Origin: Carcharhinus longimanus
Taxonomy: Eukaryota
NCBI GenBank assembly: GCA_030264375.1
Contig: JASCQW010000128.1
Location: 14,390,588 to 14,452,190 of the forward strand
DNA length: 61,603 bases
Direction of reading: 5' to 3'
Position 1 is the first letter of the stretch. Each line of letters begins with the position of its first letter. The notes beneath the pieces were generated by a model that saw only the letters and a list, made by a program, of their open reading frames with translations, made no database searches and had not been told where the DNA came from. Shown piece after piece: positions 1 through 12,576 of the stretch. A program made the translations under genes and the position numbers.

Positions 1-1483
1 GATGCTTTGGAGAGCCTTAGGATGAGCCAGCTTATTCAGGATAGCAGCACAGAACATGGTAGGGGAATGAACTACGCAATTGGCCCTTTTGTAGTTTGAG
101 TTTATGCAGTAAGTTCAAAGAATTATCATTTAATCATACAGCATACAACAAAAAGGAAATCATTCAGCCTATTGTATCTACCAGCATTCTGAAAACGCTA
201 TCCTTTTTCCCCATTACTTTGCAGGGTTCCCCTTCTCAAATGTATATCCAATTCGCTTTTGAAAGTTACTATTGAATCAACGAATTCTGCTTGTTCACGC
301 AGTGCATTCCAGATCATAACAACAAAATTTCACTTCAATTCACGTCTGGATTATTTTATTTTAGCTAATTAACTTAAAATCTGTGCTCTCTGATTACTGA
401 CCTTCCTGTCATGGGACATTGTCTTTATGGAAGCCCCATACAATCTCGACAATGTGTATTAAATTTTCATCCTTCTCGGTTTTAAGGAGAGTAGTCGCAA
501 CTTCTCTGGTTTCTCCAGATAACCTGAAGTCACTCACCAATTGGTAATAATTTGGTAACGTGTTTTGTCAATGTGAGCAAAATGCGTGGACATGTATGGT
601 TCCCTGAAGGAAACAATACTGACGTTAGAATTCAATTTTAAAGAGGAAAAAAAAACAAATCTTTTGCGACTGCAGTTGTGAGCCATCCTTCATGGATTGC
701 AGCCGAACACAAATTGGTTTAGTGTCAATGCTGGAATCTGGCATTGCTCTAGTATTGCACCCTCACTGACAGTCTTGTTACTGTGACTACATCTTGGCAA
801 AGGGGCTGGAGAGCAGGACTGCAGGAGTCTTGGTTAATTGGATCCAGATGCCCTTGCTCATGTATGCTGATGGCATTACGATAGCTGGCCTTTGGCTTTC
901 AAGCAATGCTCGAGTTTGAGTTGGTCTCTGCGCTTCGACAATTAACAAACAATCAGTGACACTAAAATTGCAGCTGTTTAACATTTTAACTCAAGTTCTC
1001 ACTCAGCAAGCGTGCCAGTGTCGGCAAAGTAACATTTGTACACATTTTCAATTTTAGTGTGTTGACTAGCACCAAAAAGGTATCAGAAAGCACCTTCAGA
1101 CCGGCAGCAGGCTTCAGGTAGCTCGAGCAGCTTTGTGACTATCACATGAAATAATACAAGTTGTAAATGTGTTCTTTAATNNNNNNNNNNNNNNNNNNNN
1201 NNNNNNNNNNNNNNNNNNNNNNNNNNNNNNNNNNNNNNNNNNNNNNNNNNNNNNNNNNNNNNNNNNNNNNNNNNNNNNNNNNNNNNNNNNNNNNNNNNNN
1301 NNNNNNNNNNNNNNNNNNNNNNNNNNNNNNNNNNNNNNNNNNNNNNNNNNNNNNNNNNNNNNNNNNNNNNNNNNNNNNNNNNNNNNNNNNNNNNNNNNNN
1401 NNNNNNNNNNNNNNNNNNNNNNNNNNNNNNNNNNNNNNNNNNNNNNNNNNNNNNNNNNNNNNNNNNNNNNNNNNNNNNNNNNN

Positions 1484-1665
1484 GTTTCCTCTGGGTGCTC
1501 CAGTTTCCTCTCACAGTCTGAAAGACATGCTGGTTAGGTGCATTGGCCATGCTAAATTCTTCCTCAATGTACCTGAGTAGGCACCGCAGTGTGGCGACTG
1601 TGGGATTTTCGCAGTAACTTCATTGCAGTGTTAATGTAAGCCCACTTGTGACAATAATGAAATAA
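1484..1665 (+). mobile_element. HE1/V-SINE 3' part with alternative tail (tail B)
   Basis: V-domain 'gtttcctctgggtgctccagtttcct...gccatgctaaatt' followed by 'gtgtggcgac...cagtaacttcattgcagtgttaatgtaagcccacttgtgacaata'; 5' end lost in N gap. Confidence 0.8.
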
Positions 1666-2572
1666 ATTGGAAGATGGCCAACACTGTAGATCAGAAGAAT
1701 TATTTTCTCACTGAACTTGTTGGACTATGTGCTGCCATTTATCTGTGTTTGTATTTTAACAGCAGCGGCTTGCATTTATATAACGCCTTTAACGTAGTGA
1801 CAATGTGAACTTGTGTTGTAGGTGATTGTTCCCAATGTAAACAAACAGTGAGGACAATAAATGTGAGAATGGAGTTGTCAGTTTGACTCAACACAACATC
1901 TGAGACACATTTCATGTGGTAATAGGTTTGAAGCTTGGCAAACGCCCATCTATTACCAACCAAAATTTTGTGTTCTTTATCTCCAAGAAAAACAGTATAA
2001 CTCCTCTCCTGAGGCCAGTAAATCGGCATTTAGGAGAAAACCATAGCAGTAGAATCCCTTTAGACATGTACTTAATAGTGGTTGTTTGGAAAGAAACTTT
2101 TTAAAATTGTCATTGGATTGTTAACGTAAACATAATTCCTCCAGATTCTCTGCCAGAATTTTCAGTGCTTCCTAATGTCCCTGATGAAGACATTTTCCAA
2201 TGCTTAACTTACAGATAATGTGTTATGGACTATTTGCATGATTAGAATAGATAACAAAATAAACAGATGTAGGCACCTGGACTTTTTAAAGGTATAGATA
2301 GTAACCGCATAAATAAACTATTTCTTGAGAGAGAAATCAGCAGTTTCGAAAAAGGCAAAATCAACATAAGTGCAATAAGTATTTTTAACACCTTCAGCTG
2401 CAGTCATTGTTTCCAGTAATCCAAGCCCATTCTTCCTCCACCTCCTTTCCACATTCATCATTTGAAGATTTGAGCAGTATTTCTAGTGTCCTAATGCACT
2501 ACAATCCTTCTTGAAGTGTGACAAAAAAATTGAATTGCCTTCCTCCACCCTCATTGTTAGTTTTTTGATAAA

Positions 2573-2916
2573 TCATAGAATCCTTACAGTGCAGAAGGAG
2601 GCCATTCGGCCCATCGAGTCTGCACCAAGTCTCTGACAGAGCATGTATACGTAGTGGGATAAATATGTGGGGCACATTTATTTAAATGTAGCCCCATTTA
2701 TTTAACCCACTAATCGACACACCTTGGGACACTAAAGGGAAAATTTAGCATGGGCAATTCACCTAATCGGCCCATCTTTGGACTGTGGGAGGAAACGAAG
2801 CAGCCAGAGGAAACCCAAGCAGACATGGGGAGAACATGCAAACTCCACACTATCACCCAAGGCTGGAATTGAACTCTGGTCCCTCGTTCTGTGAGGCAAC
2901 AGTGCTAACCATTGTG
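2573..2916 (-). mobile_element. HE1 SINE (tRNA head, V-domain, CR1/HER1-type tail A)
   Basis: Reverse-complement head 'gcacaatggttagcactgttgcctcacag', V-domain, and tail 'atagaatccttacagtgcagaaggaggccattcggcccatcgagtctgcac'. Confidence 0.85.
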
Positions 2917-4741
2917 CAAAAACTGTTATGCACTAAATCCAGTTACATTCTAAAAGATAAATTAACATAAATGAAGTAGTGAGTCTTCCCTTTCCATGAG
3001 CGAGTTAAAATAATTAAAGTGAGCAGCTAGTTAGACACAGTAATAGTGTTTAATTTTTCACTTGTAAACTCCAGATCAAATCTCTGTCTATGCTGTGACT
3101 AACTGTCAAACATGCATTAGAGATCTCACCCAGTTGTCTGGAGAGGAATGGATTGAAAATCAGGGGAGGGAGACCAGCCCAAGCAATAGCTTGTGGATGT
3201 GGAAGCTGCCTAGGGTGGAGTGGAAGGAGAGAATAACTGGGATAATAAGTTAGCTTCAATTTTTTCAGTTAAATTGAGGATAAGTAGGATATGGTGGTTT
3301 GTAAAAATTGTGTAATGAGTGTATTAAGTCATGTGATTGCAGCATCTGAGATAGCACTACTTGTAATGTGCAGAAATGAAGAATGCTGGAGTTTAGTGGT
3401 CAGTTTTTTTGTTGTGCTTGTCTTGCATCAAGGGTGACCACTAACTAAACCAAAATGTTGCTAAATTTCCTGTTCTTGGTAACTATACTCATTGCAAATT
3501 GACCGCAGAATGTGTAGATGCTGGTATTTGTTACATTAGACTGGAAAATGCTTTGGTTGCTGACATNNNNNNNNNNNNNNNNNNNNNNNNNNNNNNNNNN
3601 NNNNNNNNNNNNNNNNNNNNNNNNNNNNNNNNNNNNNNNNNNNNNNNNNNNNNNNNNNNNNNNNNNACATTCATTGAAACCCTGATGTTACAATACTACT
3701 TGCAAAGTTCCCTGGCCTGTATCAGCGGTATGGCCAGTTTGCTAAGTGAATTTAGCACAGTTAATATACTGGTGAGAATAAGAGAGTGTTAAAAGATATT
3801 TGACATTTTTGTGTGAGGGTATGTCTGTTGGCCATTAGGAAAAAAAACTGTCTCTTTAAGTTAAAACCATTGATGAGTAATAGACTTATGATGTGGTGTC
3901 AGAAATGCTACTGTGTGCCTTTGGGGAAAGAGGGTTAATCCCAGGCTATTCAGACTGTTCAGCTTCCTGTTCTCCACCTCATTGGGTAACCTGAGACTCA
4001 GACTCTGCTACATCCTGCAGAAGCTTTTCTGTTGGCAGAATGTTAGCACTGTATTCGCCTGAGGCACTTCCACCACTAACAAACTGCAACAGGAAGGCTC
4101 CTAAGGGGTTCAGAGTACATTCAACAAAACAAATGAAAGCTTGGCAAAAATGAAGTACCTTTTCGAGAATATGTATCAAAGTTCCTTAAAATGAACGTGA
4201 CTCTTTGCTTTACTTGGCATGTGATTAACTTCCATTTTTTTTGCGATGACAAGTCACACTAAAAGAGTCTTTACTCTTGTGAATTTGAGATGCCTTCACT
4301 TGTCTCAGTGAGGATTATATAACTTGGTGGGACCCATCATCAGCGAGTTTGCAGTACCCTTCCATCTCCCTGATGCTCTCCAGCAGCTGAGAAGTCAGAC
4401 CACCTTGGCTGTAGCTTTTGTCAATGCTGCTAAATTGTCACTTGCTTTGGAACAACTGAAGGTCTCAATAATATGTATTTAAAATGTGTTTTTTAAAATG
4501 CAATGGTCATATGCTACCTGCAAATCTCTAGTAATTAATGTTGATGAGCATGCAATAGTTTTGTCTCGGTGTAAAGATAGGTTATTGTTGAATGAGACAA
4601 TCATCCATGATGTATATCCTAAGCACATAATAGACAAATACACATGTTTTAACTGTGGTCATTATGATTCTGATCTTTTGTTATTTCAACAATAAATGCC
4701 TTGTTCTCCTCTAATCCATATCACTGTGAATTCAAAGAATA

Positions 4742-4928
4742 AAGAACTTGCATTTGTATAGCATCTCTCACAATCTTGGAAGTCCCAAACTGCTTTACAG
4801 TCAACGAAGTCCTGCTGAAGTGTAATGTAGAGCAGTTCGCACACGGCCAGGCCTTACGAGCAGCTATGTGATAATGAGTGGCTAATCTGTTTCAGCTGCA
4901 TCGATTGAGGAATAAATATTGACCAGGA
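4742..4928 (-). mobile_element. DeuSINE (SacSINE1-like) 3' fragment
   Basis: 'aaagaacttgcatttgtatagc...gctttacagtcaacgaagt...gaagtgtaatgtag...ttgaggaataaatattgacc' is the reverse complement of Deu-domain plus L2-like tail. Confidence 0.65.
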
Positions 4929-4939
4929 TTTTTAAAAAA

Positions 4940-5443
4940 TGTATTCTCTCAATGGTTGTGGGCATTGTTGCGGCCAGTGTTTGTTGCCCATCTCTAAATG
5001 CCCATGAACAAAGTGGCTTGAACCCCTGCACAGTAAGAAGTCTCACAACACGGGGTTAAAGTCCAATAGATTAACCCCANNNNNNNNNNNNNNNNNNNNN
5101 NNNNNNNNNNNNNNNNNNNNNNNNNNNNNNNNNNNNNNNNNNNNNNNNNNNNNNNNNNNNNNNNNNNNNNNNNNNNNNNGTCAACCACATCGCTGTGGCT
5201 CTGGAGTCACATGTAGGCCAGACCGGGTAAGGATGGCAGATTTCCTTCCCTAAAGGGCATTAGTGACCCAGATGGGATTTTCTGACAACGATTTCATGGT
5301 TGTCAGTTAGATATTCCAGATATTTTTTATTGAATTCAATTTCCACCATCTGCCGTGCTGGGATTCGAACCCGGGTCCCCAGAACATTAGCTGAGTTTCT
5401 GGATTGATAATCCAGCGATAATACCATTAGGCCTTCGCCTCCC
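4940..5443 (-). mobile_element. tRNA-derived SINE sharing its 3' tail with the local CR1-type LINE; interrupted by a Penelope-type fragment (5029-5079) and a gap
   Basis: Minus-strand head 'ggggaggcgaaggcctaatggtatt...gggttcgaatccc' with B box; body 'ccttacccggtctggcctacatgtgactccagagccac'. Confidence 0.75.
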
Positions 5444-5446
5444 CAA

Positions 5447-5625
5447 TATGGTTGAGGTGTTGTTTGAGGAATAAATATTTGTTGGTGAGGGGAGGTCTCC
5501 CGTGCTAATCTTCGAATGGTGCTGGGAGATCATCTGTGTCCAACTGAGAAATAGCGGGTTAGATATCAGCCTCGACCTTTGTGCCTGTGTCTCTGGGTGG
5601 GATTTGAACCCATGACCTTTTGACA
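5447..5625 (-). mobile_element. DeuSINE (SacSINE1-like) fragment
   Basis: 'gaggaataaatattt...gggatttgaacccatgacc' (B box and Deu-domain on the minus strand). Confidence 0.55.
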
Positions 5626-5764
5626 CTAATACAAAAGAAAGGCTTGCATTTATATACAAGGGATCAAAACAAGGCCAAGCCATTTCAGCAATGATTGACT
5701 TAGAAATATGTAGGGGGATTCAGGCAGAATTCATTCACATAGTCACCTCACAGAGCATAGAAGA

Positions 5765-5979
5765 ACATAGAACCCTACAGGGCAGAAAGAGGCCCTTCGG
5801 CCCATCGAGTCCGCACCAAACACAATCCCACCCAGGTCCTACCCCCCTATCCCTACATATTATACCCACTAATCCCTTTAACCTACGCATCCCTGGACAC
5901 TAAGGGGCAATTTCTTAGCACAGCCAATCAGACTAACCTGCACATCTTTAGACTGTGGGAGGACCCGGAGGGAACCCAC
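5765..5979 (-). mobile_element. HE1 SINE, 5'-truncated, tail A
   Basis: 'catagaaccctacagggcagaaagaggccc...ggacactaaggggcaattt...gcacatctttagactgtgggagg'. Confidence 0.8.
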
Positions 5980-6594
5980 TCTTGTATAATTTCTTATTAC
6001 ACAATGTAACCCAACCAAAACTATGATTTATGAAAGTTTTAAAGGAAATGGGTGTTTTTTCTAAATTAATTTTTCTATTTGTAGATATAAAAAGTCTTCA
6101 AAAAGGAATCCAGTTTTCATTGAAAAAACACATCCTGTTTTATATCCTTCCATCTCACTTCATTGTCCAACAAGATTGAGCACATGCTTGTACGCAGCTG
6201 TTTGTTGCTCTTCTCCTCTCTGTGTCACTGACAGCCAAATGCGCCAGAGATAATTTGATCAAGTGTAGCTGCCCTGCGACAGGTACAGCAGCACAACTTG
6301 CCCTCTTGAAAATCAACATGTCAAGCAGAGCTAAATGATGTTAAAGACACAAACACACAGCAGAATTTCACAGTCTTCTCAAGTGACAACCAAACAAACC
6401 TGTGCAGCTTAAATATTGATTTGGCTCTTGGTAACTTGTGTGAACCTGGTGTTCCCATTTTGAAGGGCAAGGAAGTGTAATTCCATGGTGGGAAATCTAA
6501 CTGAACTACTGGATACCTTTGCCCCACAGTAAAAGTAAACGTGAACTAAACCTCATCAGATCATAAATTTGAATCTGAAGACGCAAACAAACAG

Positions 6595-6945
6595 GTTGCA
6601 TTTTTTACATTGCAAATAGCCACACGGCATTATCAAACAGTATTCAACACTCAGTCACATAAGGATAGCTGGTCAAAATCTCGGTCAAAGAGCTGGATTT
6701 TAAGGAATGTTTTGAAGAAGGAAAGAGAGGTTCAGGAAGGGGATTCCAAAACTTAGTCGAGGCAACCAAAGGCATTTCTGCCAATGGTGGGCCAAAGAAA
6801 ATTGGGCTTGCATAAGAGGCCAAAATTGGACTAATGCAGAGATTTTGGGAGAGTTGTAGGCCTGGTAGCAGCTACAAAGATGGAGAAGGGTAAGGCCATG
6901 AAGGAATTTGAAAATAAGCGTGAGGAGGTTAAAATCGAGGTGTTA
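6595..6945 (-). mobile_element. L2 LINE 3' fragment
   Basis: 'ggtcaaagagctggattttaaggaatgttttgaag...gggattccaaa...ggccatgaaggaatttgaaaataag' resembles the reverse complement of an L2 3' region. Confidence 0.65.
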
Positions 6946-8156
6946 AAGATCTTCCAAACAAAGTGTTGTAGAATGAGCGTATAAAATGCAGATTATGATT
7001 TTTCCTAGGCAGTATGAAGCAATGACCTGTCACTAAGTTTGATGTACTCCAAAACTGAGACTTACTATCTCAAGCTGGGTAGAAAATTAAAGATGTGGTA
7101 ATTCCAATACCATCAACTAAAAAAAATCTGTTCCCTTATAAATTTACCTTTGAATAAAATCTTTTGATCATTTCTATTGGGTGAATTTGTTTGTGCTCAT
7201 TTAATGAAAGATATGAAATCTAGGCTTTGAATATCAATCACTTCCAAGGTTGTTTGCCACATGGATATCATGCAGTGTTAAACTCCCTCAACTTGACCCT
7301 GATAATGTACCTTAACCAAGGCAGTGGGAGAGTATTCCCTCCCACCAATGTGTCACCATGACATTTTCCATACCAACTAACCTTGGGGTCAAATTGCTGT
7401 CTTCCCTAATTTACTGGAGAAGCCCAAGTGAGTTCTCAGCGAGGGAAACCTGTTTTATACCTGCACTTTGAATTTCATTATAATTGGTTAGTTCACCAGT
7501 TTCATACTATAATGGGAGTGGGATTTGTCAGTGTAGTCCCAATTAGGCTGAATTATCTGCAGATGTATATGTGGATTCTTATCCAAGGCTCCCACTAAGC
7601 TGTTGGGTGTTTGACTGAGCACCATCCTGGAAGGTGCCATTCAGGCCTTGATTGTAATAAATAACCTGTGTAACCACTAAAAATTTTAAAGGGATCACAC
7701 AACTGACCACGCACAATTAAATTTTAAAGGAAAATTGCTTATAACAATGGAAAAAGAATCAGCTAAGATAATTGTCATGGATAGATTTATGGACAGTTAC
7801 TTCTGTGGAGTGGCAGTCACTGTCAGATTACCATTCTGCTCCTAGTTTCTTGCACTGAGATGCAGCCACACCTTTCTTGCCCAAGCTTCCATCTCAGGCT
7901 GGGTTCAAATATTGCAGTGCAGTGCAGCAAGATTGTGAGGTCATCTGTCGAGTGCAGGAGAGTCGATGGGCAAGCAAGGCAGTCTCCATTTTTACAATAC
8001 CATGATGCAGGGCAGGTAGTTTCAAAGACCCAGCCACTTTGAGAAAGCAGTGTGCAAAGTAAATGGATAGGATGGAGGGTGGGATAGAGTCTCTCAGATT
8101 GGGGGAATGTTGGCGGAAAGCCAGTGATTGGGGGGGGAGGGGGATTTGGGTGGCCA

Positions 8157-8218
8157 GTGGAGGGGCTTGGTCAGATGGGAAGGAAGTGGGAGGGGCTTGG
8201 TCAGATGGGAGGGAAGTC
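8157..8218. repeat. 30-bp tandem duplication in a G-rich tract
   Basis: 'ggaggggcttggtcagatggga' occurs twice, 30 bp apart. Confidence 0.85.
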
Positions 8219-8984
8219 AATAGTGGTGGGGGGGATGTCAGGGTATGATGTCCAGTTAGATCATTGGATGTGGTGGGGGGGGTTTTGGGGAGGGTGGGAA
8301 CGTTGAAAATTAATAAGTCATGTTTTGGACATATCTCTAATGAATGTTATATCTGACTGAAGGAAGCAGCAATTCAACATGCAAAGCTGTCACTGCAAAC
8401 CACTTTCTCTTCCCATTTTATGGAGGCCTGAGATTTTTGGGGCTCCTATCGAGGGATGAAGCAGGTCCTCCACGTGCATTAGGTGCCCTCACTGGAACAA
8501 GGGAAAAGGGCACCTCACCTCCTGTTAACTGAGCCAGTTTGATACCCAGGTGCAGGCTGTCTGAAGAAAATGGTGGTGGGACTTATATTGACAATCAAAG
8601 GTGTTCAGATCAAAAATTAACTTGTTTTTAAATGTGATCATTGTATCCTCAAACCTGGAGGCCTTCTGCAAGTCACTTTTCAAACCTCAGAGGGCCCATT
8701 CCCGGCACATCATGGAACTAAGCCATTTTCCTGGTCTGGTCCATCAAATACTATGAGTGCCTTGATTCAGCAAAGCACATTCCACTGGACTGCCTAGTGT
8801 CTGAGAAGCAAAAGGTCAAGAACATCAGACAGAAAAACTCATGCAAATATAAGTCTTACCATCACCATTACCTCAAGCTGTCGATTAACTGACTTGAAAT
8901 ACAATCTTGAGTACAACAGTTTAACATCTCCTGACCCAAACTCTTGCTTACCTGAAAGTTCGCATGTACTCAAGTGAGCATCGT

Positions 8985-9250
8985 CCCAGTTGGTAGTCAA
9001 GCCCAAACCAGAGACTTCAGAAGATCCAGGCTGACATTCCAGCACTATAATGAGGGAGTGTTGCACTATTGGAGGTGCTATGTTTCAGTTGAGATATTAA
9101 ACCATCTACCTTTTCAGGTGAATGTAAAACATCTTGTGAAGAAGAAGAAGATCAGGAGATTTCTGTAAATGTCTCTGCACTCAAAAACTGTTTCATAAGT
9201 TGTAAAATGCTTTTGCAGAGGTCATGAAGGACAATATGTAAATGCAGGTA
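8985..9250 (+). mobile_element. DeuSINE (SacSINE1-like), internally deleted
   Basis: 'ccaggctgacattccagcactataatgagggagtgttgcactattggaggtgc...gagatattaaacc' plus tail 'gaggtcatgaagg...aaatgcagg'. Confidence 0.7.
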
Positions 9251-10089
9251 TTCTACATACTGGCTTGGAGCGGGGTTTGCCTCTCTCGTCCTTTCCTGCT
9301 GTGGGCTATGGGTCTGATGGTGCACATAAAGAGGTTAATAAAGGGAGAAAACCTGAAAACAAAGCAGGTAGCATATCCTCAAACATGAGATTTCCTTTTA
9401 AATTCTAATAAAGAAAACATGTGAAGGCACCTTTTAATGAAGGAGCATGGATCTGTTTAGATGACCAGCAGTCTGAATTTCCCATTCGTTACTTTGACCA
9501 GTAGGTGTTTAAACATACTGCTGTTTGAGAGGTCAGCTGACAGTGTGAAGTGCAGATCTGTGTCACATAGATGGCTTTTCTTGTCGGATGCACAACTGAT
9601 AAATGAAAGACATATGGTAGAGTTTCTTGCCTCGCTGCAGGCAATGCAATAATTCCTGTTGTAATTCCCCTACAGTTTTAAGGTAAATATTTACATTTAT
9701 TCTTTGGCTGATTGCCACATGTCCCAACAATTATTGTAATAATGATATTTTCTTTCCGTTTGCTATATAGATTTTTTAAAGAAATGAAAGCCTAAAGGTT
9801 GTACATTTGGAAACATATGAAACCCATCTTTCAGTACAGGACCTTATTCTGTTTAAGGTTCATTACCACATATCAACAGCAATCGTAGTTTTTTTTTCCT
9901 TTCCGTTTACTAAATACATTCAAAATAGAACCCTAAAGGTTGTATATTTGGGAATCTATTAAATTAATCTTTTGATACTGGAATTTTCTGGACAGAACCT
10001 ATTTAAAATAAAATCTTGGGAAGTGGATGTTGCTGGCAAGGTTGATATTTATTGTCCATTTTTTAGTTGCACTGAGAAGGTGAGCAGCC

Positions 10090-10890
10090 AATATCCAGGC
10101 TTGGACTAAATGGCAAGTAACATTCACGACATTTAAATGCTTAGCAATGGCCCTGTCCAGCAAGAGAAAATCTAATGATCTCTCCTTGACATTCAATGGC
10201 ATTACCACTGCTGAATCCCCCACTATCATCATCCTGGGCCTTACTATTGACCAGAAACCCAACTGGATTAACCACATAAATATTGTGGCTACAAAAACTG
10301 TCAGTGGCTAGGAATCCTTCGGCGAGAAACTCACCTCCTTACTTCCCAAAGCCTACCCACAATCAACAAGGCACAGTTTAGGAGTGTGATAGAAGAATCA
10401 TTCCTTGTTTGGATGAATGCAACTCCAACAACACTCATGAAGCCTGACACCATCTCAGACAAAACAGCCTGCTTGATTGGCATTCCTTCCACAAACATTC
10501 ACTCCCTCCACCACCAAAGCATAATAGCAGCAGTGTGCACCATCTATAAGATGCACTGCAGAAACTCACCAAGGCTCCTTAGGCAGCACCTTCCAAACTC
10601 ATGAACACTATCATCGAAGGGGAAGGACGGCAGGTACATGGAACACCATCACTTGGAAGCTCCCCTCCAAGTCACTCACCATCCTGACTTGGAACTATAT
10701 CATAGCTCCTTCACTGTTGCTGAGGCAAAATCCTGGAACTCGCTAACAGCACTGTAAGTGTACCTAAACCATACAGACTGCAGTGGTTCAAGAAGGCAGC
10801 TCATCACCACCTTTCCGAGGCCAATTTAGGATTGGCAATGAATGCTGGTCTATCCAGCGAAGCCCACATCCGATGAATGAATAATTAAAA
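10090..10890 (+). mobile_element. CR1-type LINE 3' end (decayed RT C-terminus and 3' UTR)
   Basis: 'atccaggcttggactaaatggcaagtaacattc' (IQAW-KWQVTF motif) through tail 'aatgctggtctatccagcgaagcccacatccgatgaatgaataa'. Confidence 0.8.
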
Positions 10891-11807
10891 AAGAAACAGT
10901 AATATGTGTCCAGGTTAGGATGGTGTGTGACTTTGAGGAGAACTTGTTAGGTAATGGTCTTACTAAACACCTGTGCCTTTGACATTCTGAGTGGTGGGGG
11001 CTGTGTGATTTAAACCAGTTTAGACTGGTTTAAAATTGTAATCACCATACCATTTTGCACAAAAATATGGTGTTGCTTCACAAGTCATTATTGTGAAGAT
11101 ACTTCAATCAGCTTATATTCTTTTTACATTCAGATACTGAAGGTTCCATTTTGTGTAGTGTCAGTGAAGAATGGTGATCTCAGCTGCTTTAATTTTAATT
11201 GTGGTACAGAAGAAAAAATATCTGCTGGACTATTCTAAATGTACCATTTATTTTACAAAATAATTATGTTGTTAAACGCTAAGTACCATGCTACTATAGT
11301 CATTATGTTAAAATGATGCTTCTTTTTCCTGAGTGATCATCATTCTTGGTTGCTGGTGGAACTCCCTAGTCACCCCTTTCTGGGAATGGATATGTATGAT
11401 GTTTGTGAGAACAGACTTGGAGGAAGCTGTGTAAACACCCTTACTGAAATAGCTCTCTGGCATCCCAAATTCAGGGACAGAAAGTGATCTTCTGTATGTC
11501 ATCCTAAAGATCAAAATGATTGAGTTATAGCCCTGTATTGTAACTTAGGATGGGTTTCATCTTCAGGAATGGAGAGATAGAGGAAGAAACAACAAAAGGA
11601 CTGCAATATGAGTTTTTGTTGTCAGACGACAGCAAAATTAAACTTGTGCCCAGAATCTGCTTTCTGAGACCTAATTAAATGAGAGTGTTGTAATTGGTGC
11701 ATGACCCGTATGTTATTAATATAAAATGTTTTTTAAAGATCTCTGAATGTGTGTGCTGCTGAAGAGGCTGCATTTATTGATCATTCCTTTGTGCTCTAAA
11801 GAAGTAC

Positions 11808-12175
11808 ATAGAACCATGTAACCCCTACAAGTGCAGAAAGAGGCCATTCAAAACATCGAGAATGCAGAGACTTTCCAAAAGAGCATCTTACCCAGGTCCA
11901 CACCACCCCGTCCCCACCTGCCCTACCCCCCAACCCTGTACCCCTGCACGCTTACCACACTTAATCCACCTATCCTAGTGTCTTGAGACACTAAGGGGCA
12001 ATTTAGCAAGACCAATCCACTAAACCACGGATTGTGGGAGGAAACCAGAGCACCTGGAGGAAACCCACACAGACACAGGGAGAATGTGCAAACTCCACAC
12101 ACACAGTCATCCAAGTTGTGAATCGAACTTGGGCCCCTGGCACTGTAAGGCAGCAATGCTAATCACTGTGCTGCC
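11808..12175 (-). mobile_element. HE1 SINE, near full length, tail A
   Basis: Head, V-domain ('ggaaaccagagcacctggaggaaacccacacagacacagggagaatgtgcaaactccacac') and tail all present. Confidence 0.88.
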
Positions 12176-12292
12176 CTGCTGCCTTAGTGCTGGACTAAAA
12201 TCTTTACAAGTAAATGATTTATGCAACTACTGCAGAAGACATTAAGAATCAAGCATGTAAGACAGAAACAGACTCACATGCAAGCGAGACCA

Positions 12293-12470
12293 ATAAGAAG
12301 CCTCTGAACACCAGATTAAAGTCTGACAAGTTTATTTGGTAGCACAAGCTGTCCCTTCATCAGGTGAGTGATGAGAGAAAGCTCGTGCTACAAATAAACC
12401 TGTTGGACTTTAACCTGGTGTTGGAAGACTTCTTACTGTGCCTACCCCAGTTCAATGCCAGCTTCTCCAC
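12293..12470. mobile_element. Palindromic Penelope-type element with degenerate hammerhead motifs
   Basis: Inverted arms 'aacaccagattaaagtctgacaagtttatttggtagcacaagct' / 'agctcgtgctacaaataaacctgttggactttaacctggtgtt'; 'ttcatcaggtg' is CUGAUGA on the minus strand; flanks caagcgagacca / caagcaggacca. Confidence 0.75.
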
Positions 12471-12499
12471 AAGCAGGACCAGGTAGGGATGGCAGATGC

Positions 12500-12576
12500 C
12501 TCCCCTCTGCTCCGCTCCGCCCCGCCCCACTGCACCCCGCCCCACCACACCCCGCCCCACCGCACCCCACCCCACC
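12500..12576. repeat. (CCCCR)n pentamer low-complexity tract
   Basis: 'ctccgctccgccccgccccactgcaccccgccccaccacaccccgccccaccgcaccccaccccacc'. Confidence 0.9.

Noticed and set aside
1167-1580. Long ORFs spanning N runs (also at 3499, 4994, 15984, 29008, 45577, 52350)
   Set aside because: Artefacts of assembly gaps.
6257-6268. gatcaagtgtag, identical to part of U2
   Set aside because: Only 12 bp with no flanking U2 similarity; plausible by chance.
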